Source: Candidatus Eiseniibacteriota bacterium (lineage in GTDB: Bacteria; Eisenbacteria; RBG-16-71-46). From it: 64,000 nucleotides of DNA. Made by a program: the position numbers and the translations under genes. The notes beneath the pieces were generated by a model. It did no database searches, had not been told where the DNA came from, and saw only the letters and a list, made by a program, of their open reading frames with translations. Shown here piece after piece: positions 62,980 to 64,000 of the stretch (position 1 is the first letter of the stretch; every line of letters starts with the position of its first letter). Where the stretch lies: the NCBI GenBank assembly GCA_963776245.1, contig CAVZLN010000006.1:800001-864000 (forward strand). Reading direction: 5' to 3'.

Positions 62980-63804
62980 TTACTTCTTCCGCTTGCGCAC
63001 GATGAGCGAGTCGCTCAGCTTGCGCTTGCGGGTCTTGAGGCCCTTGGAGATCTTGCCCCACGGCGAGCACGGGTGCCGGCCGCCCGACGACTTGCCCTCG
63101 CCGCCGCCCATCGGGTGGTCGACCGGGTTCATCGCGACGCCGCGCACGCTCGGGTTGCGGCCCATCCAGCGGCTGCGACCCGCCTTGCCGATCGAGACGT
63201 TCTCGTGATCGATGTTGCCGACCTGTCCGACGACCGCGCGGCAGTTCACGTGGAACCGGCGCACCTCGCCCGAAGGCAGGCGCAACTGCGCGTAGTCGCC
63301 TTCCTTCGCCATCAGCTGGCAGAAGGACCCGGCCGATCGCGCCACGCGCGAGGCACGGCCGGGGATCAGCTCGACGTTGTGGACGTTGGTGCCGAGCGGC
63401 ATGCTCTTCAACGGGAGGCAATTCCCCGTCTTGATCTCGGCGTCCGGACCCGACTGCAGCACCTCGCCCACCTTCAGGCCGTCGGGTGCCACGATGTAGC
63501 GGCGCTCGCCGTCGGCGTAGTTGAGCAGCGCGATCCGCGCCGAGCGGTTGGGATCGTACTCGATGCTCGCCACCCGGGCGGGGATGCCGTCCTTGTTGCG
63601 CTGGAAATCGATCAGCCGATACCGGCGCTTGTGTCCGCCCCCGATCCACCGCATCGAGACGTGGCCGTAGTTGTCACGGCCACCCGTCTTGCGGATGGGC
63701 TCGGTGAGCGACTTCACCGGCTTCCGGCGCGTGATCTCGGAGAAGTCCGGGAGCACGGTGTGCCGGAGCGACGGAGTCAGCGGTCGGAATTTCTTGAGGC
63801 CCAT
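62980..63804 (-). CDS. rplB: 50S ribosomal protein L2
   Basis: [26 protein letters not shown]. Confidence 0.98.
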   Translation of the reverse strand: MGLKKFRPLTPSLRHTVLPDFSEITRRKPVKSLTEPIRKTGGRDNYGHVSMRWIGGGHKRRYRLIDFQRNKDGIPARVASIEYDPNRSARIALLNYADGERRYIVAPDGLKVGEVLQSGPDAEIKTGNCLPLKSMPLGTNVHNVELIPGRASRVARSAGSFCQLMAKEGDYAQLRLPSGEVRRFHVNCRAVVGQVGNIDHENVSIGKAGRSRWMGRNPSVRGVAMNPVDHPMGGGEGKSSGGRHPCSPWGKISKGLKTRKRKLSDSLIVRKRKK

Positions 63805-63840
63805 GAGTTCCTCTTGAGCGGCGGGCGCCGGAGCGTCCCG

Positions 63841-64000
63841 CTAGATCTGCTCGAACAGCTCGATCTTCTGATCGGGTTTGAGCGTGACGATCGCTTTCTT
63901 CGAATCGCTGCGCCGGCCGACCCAGCGGCCCTGGCGCTTGACCTTGCCGCGAACCTGCATGGTGCGAACATCGTCCACCTTCACCGAGAAGATGGTCTCG
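63841..64000 (-). CDS. rplW: 50S ribosomal protein L23 (5' end outside the window)
   Basis: ...[50 protein letters not shown]. Confidence 0.93.
   Translation of the reverse strand, partial: ETIFSVKVDDVRTMQVRGKVKRQGRWVGRRSDSKKAIVTLKPDQKIELFEQI

Overview
A very GC-rich bacterial chromosomal window. Secreted proteins carrying FlgD-Ig-like C-terminal domains suggest an FCB-related candidate phylum such as Ca. Eisenbacteria, but this is inference only. (1) 1-8.9 kb: a complete reductive pyrimidine catabolism operon on the minus strand (mmsA, beta-ureidopropionase, dihydropyrimidinase with a 1-nt frameshift, class III aminotransferase, preT, preA, NCS1 permease). (2) 11.6-26.5 kb: an anaerobic purine-degradation-type cluster (carbamate kinase, ygeW, ygeY-like, fused [2Fe-2S]-molybdenum hydroxylase, ssnA-like). 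It includes a second, fused DPD-like flavoenzyme with an altered active site and a large secreted nuclease. (3) 26.6-40.9 kb: a PPi-type PFK, a sigma54-type 2-oxoacid oxidoreductase operon whose delta subunit carries a GltD-like insert, GGT, a Tat-exported aldo-keto reductase, and a diheme peroxidase paired with a Cyc2/ExtI-like cytochrome-porin. (4) tRNA-Asn, a three-gene two-component operon, typA, and the S10-spc-alpha ribosomal protein cluster from 50 kb to the end. The most unusual signal is at 22324-22500, between the divergent purine genes. It is a pair of ~75-nt inverted hairpins sharing a 35-nt core (3x3 GGA/GGA internal loop, invariant 11-nt loop GUGUGGGUAUU, one compensatory base-pair swap) on unrelated lower stems that rely on strand-specific G-U pairs. 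I do not recognise it as a known element. No CRISPR array, transposase or integrase was seen.
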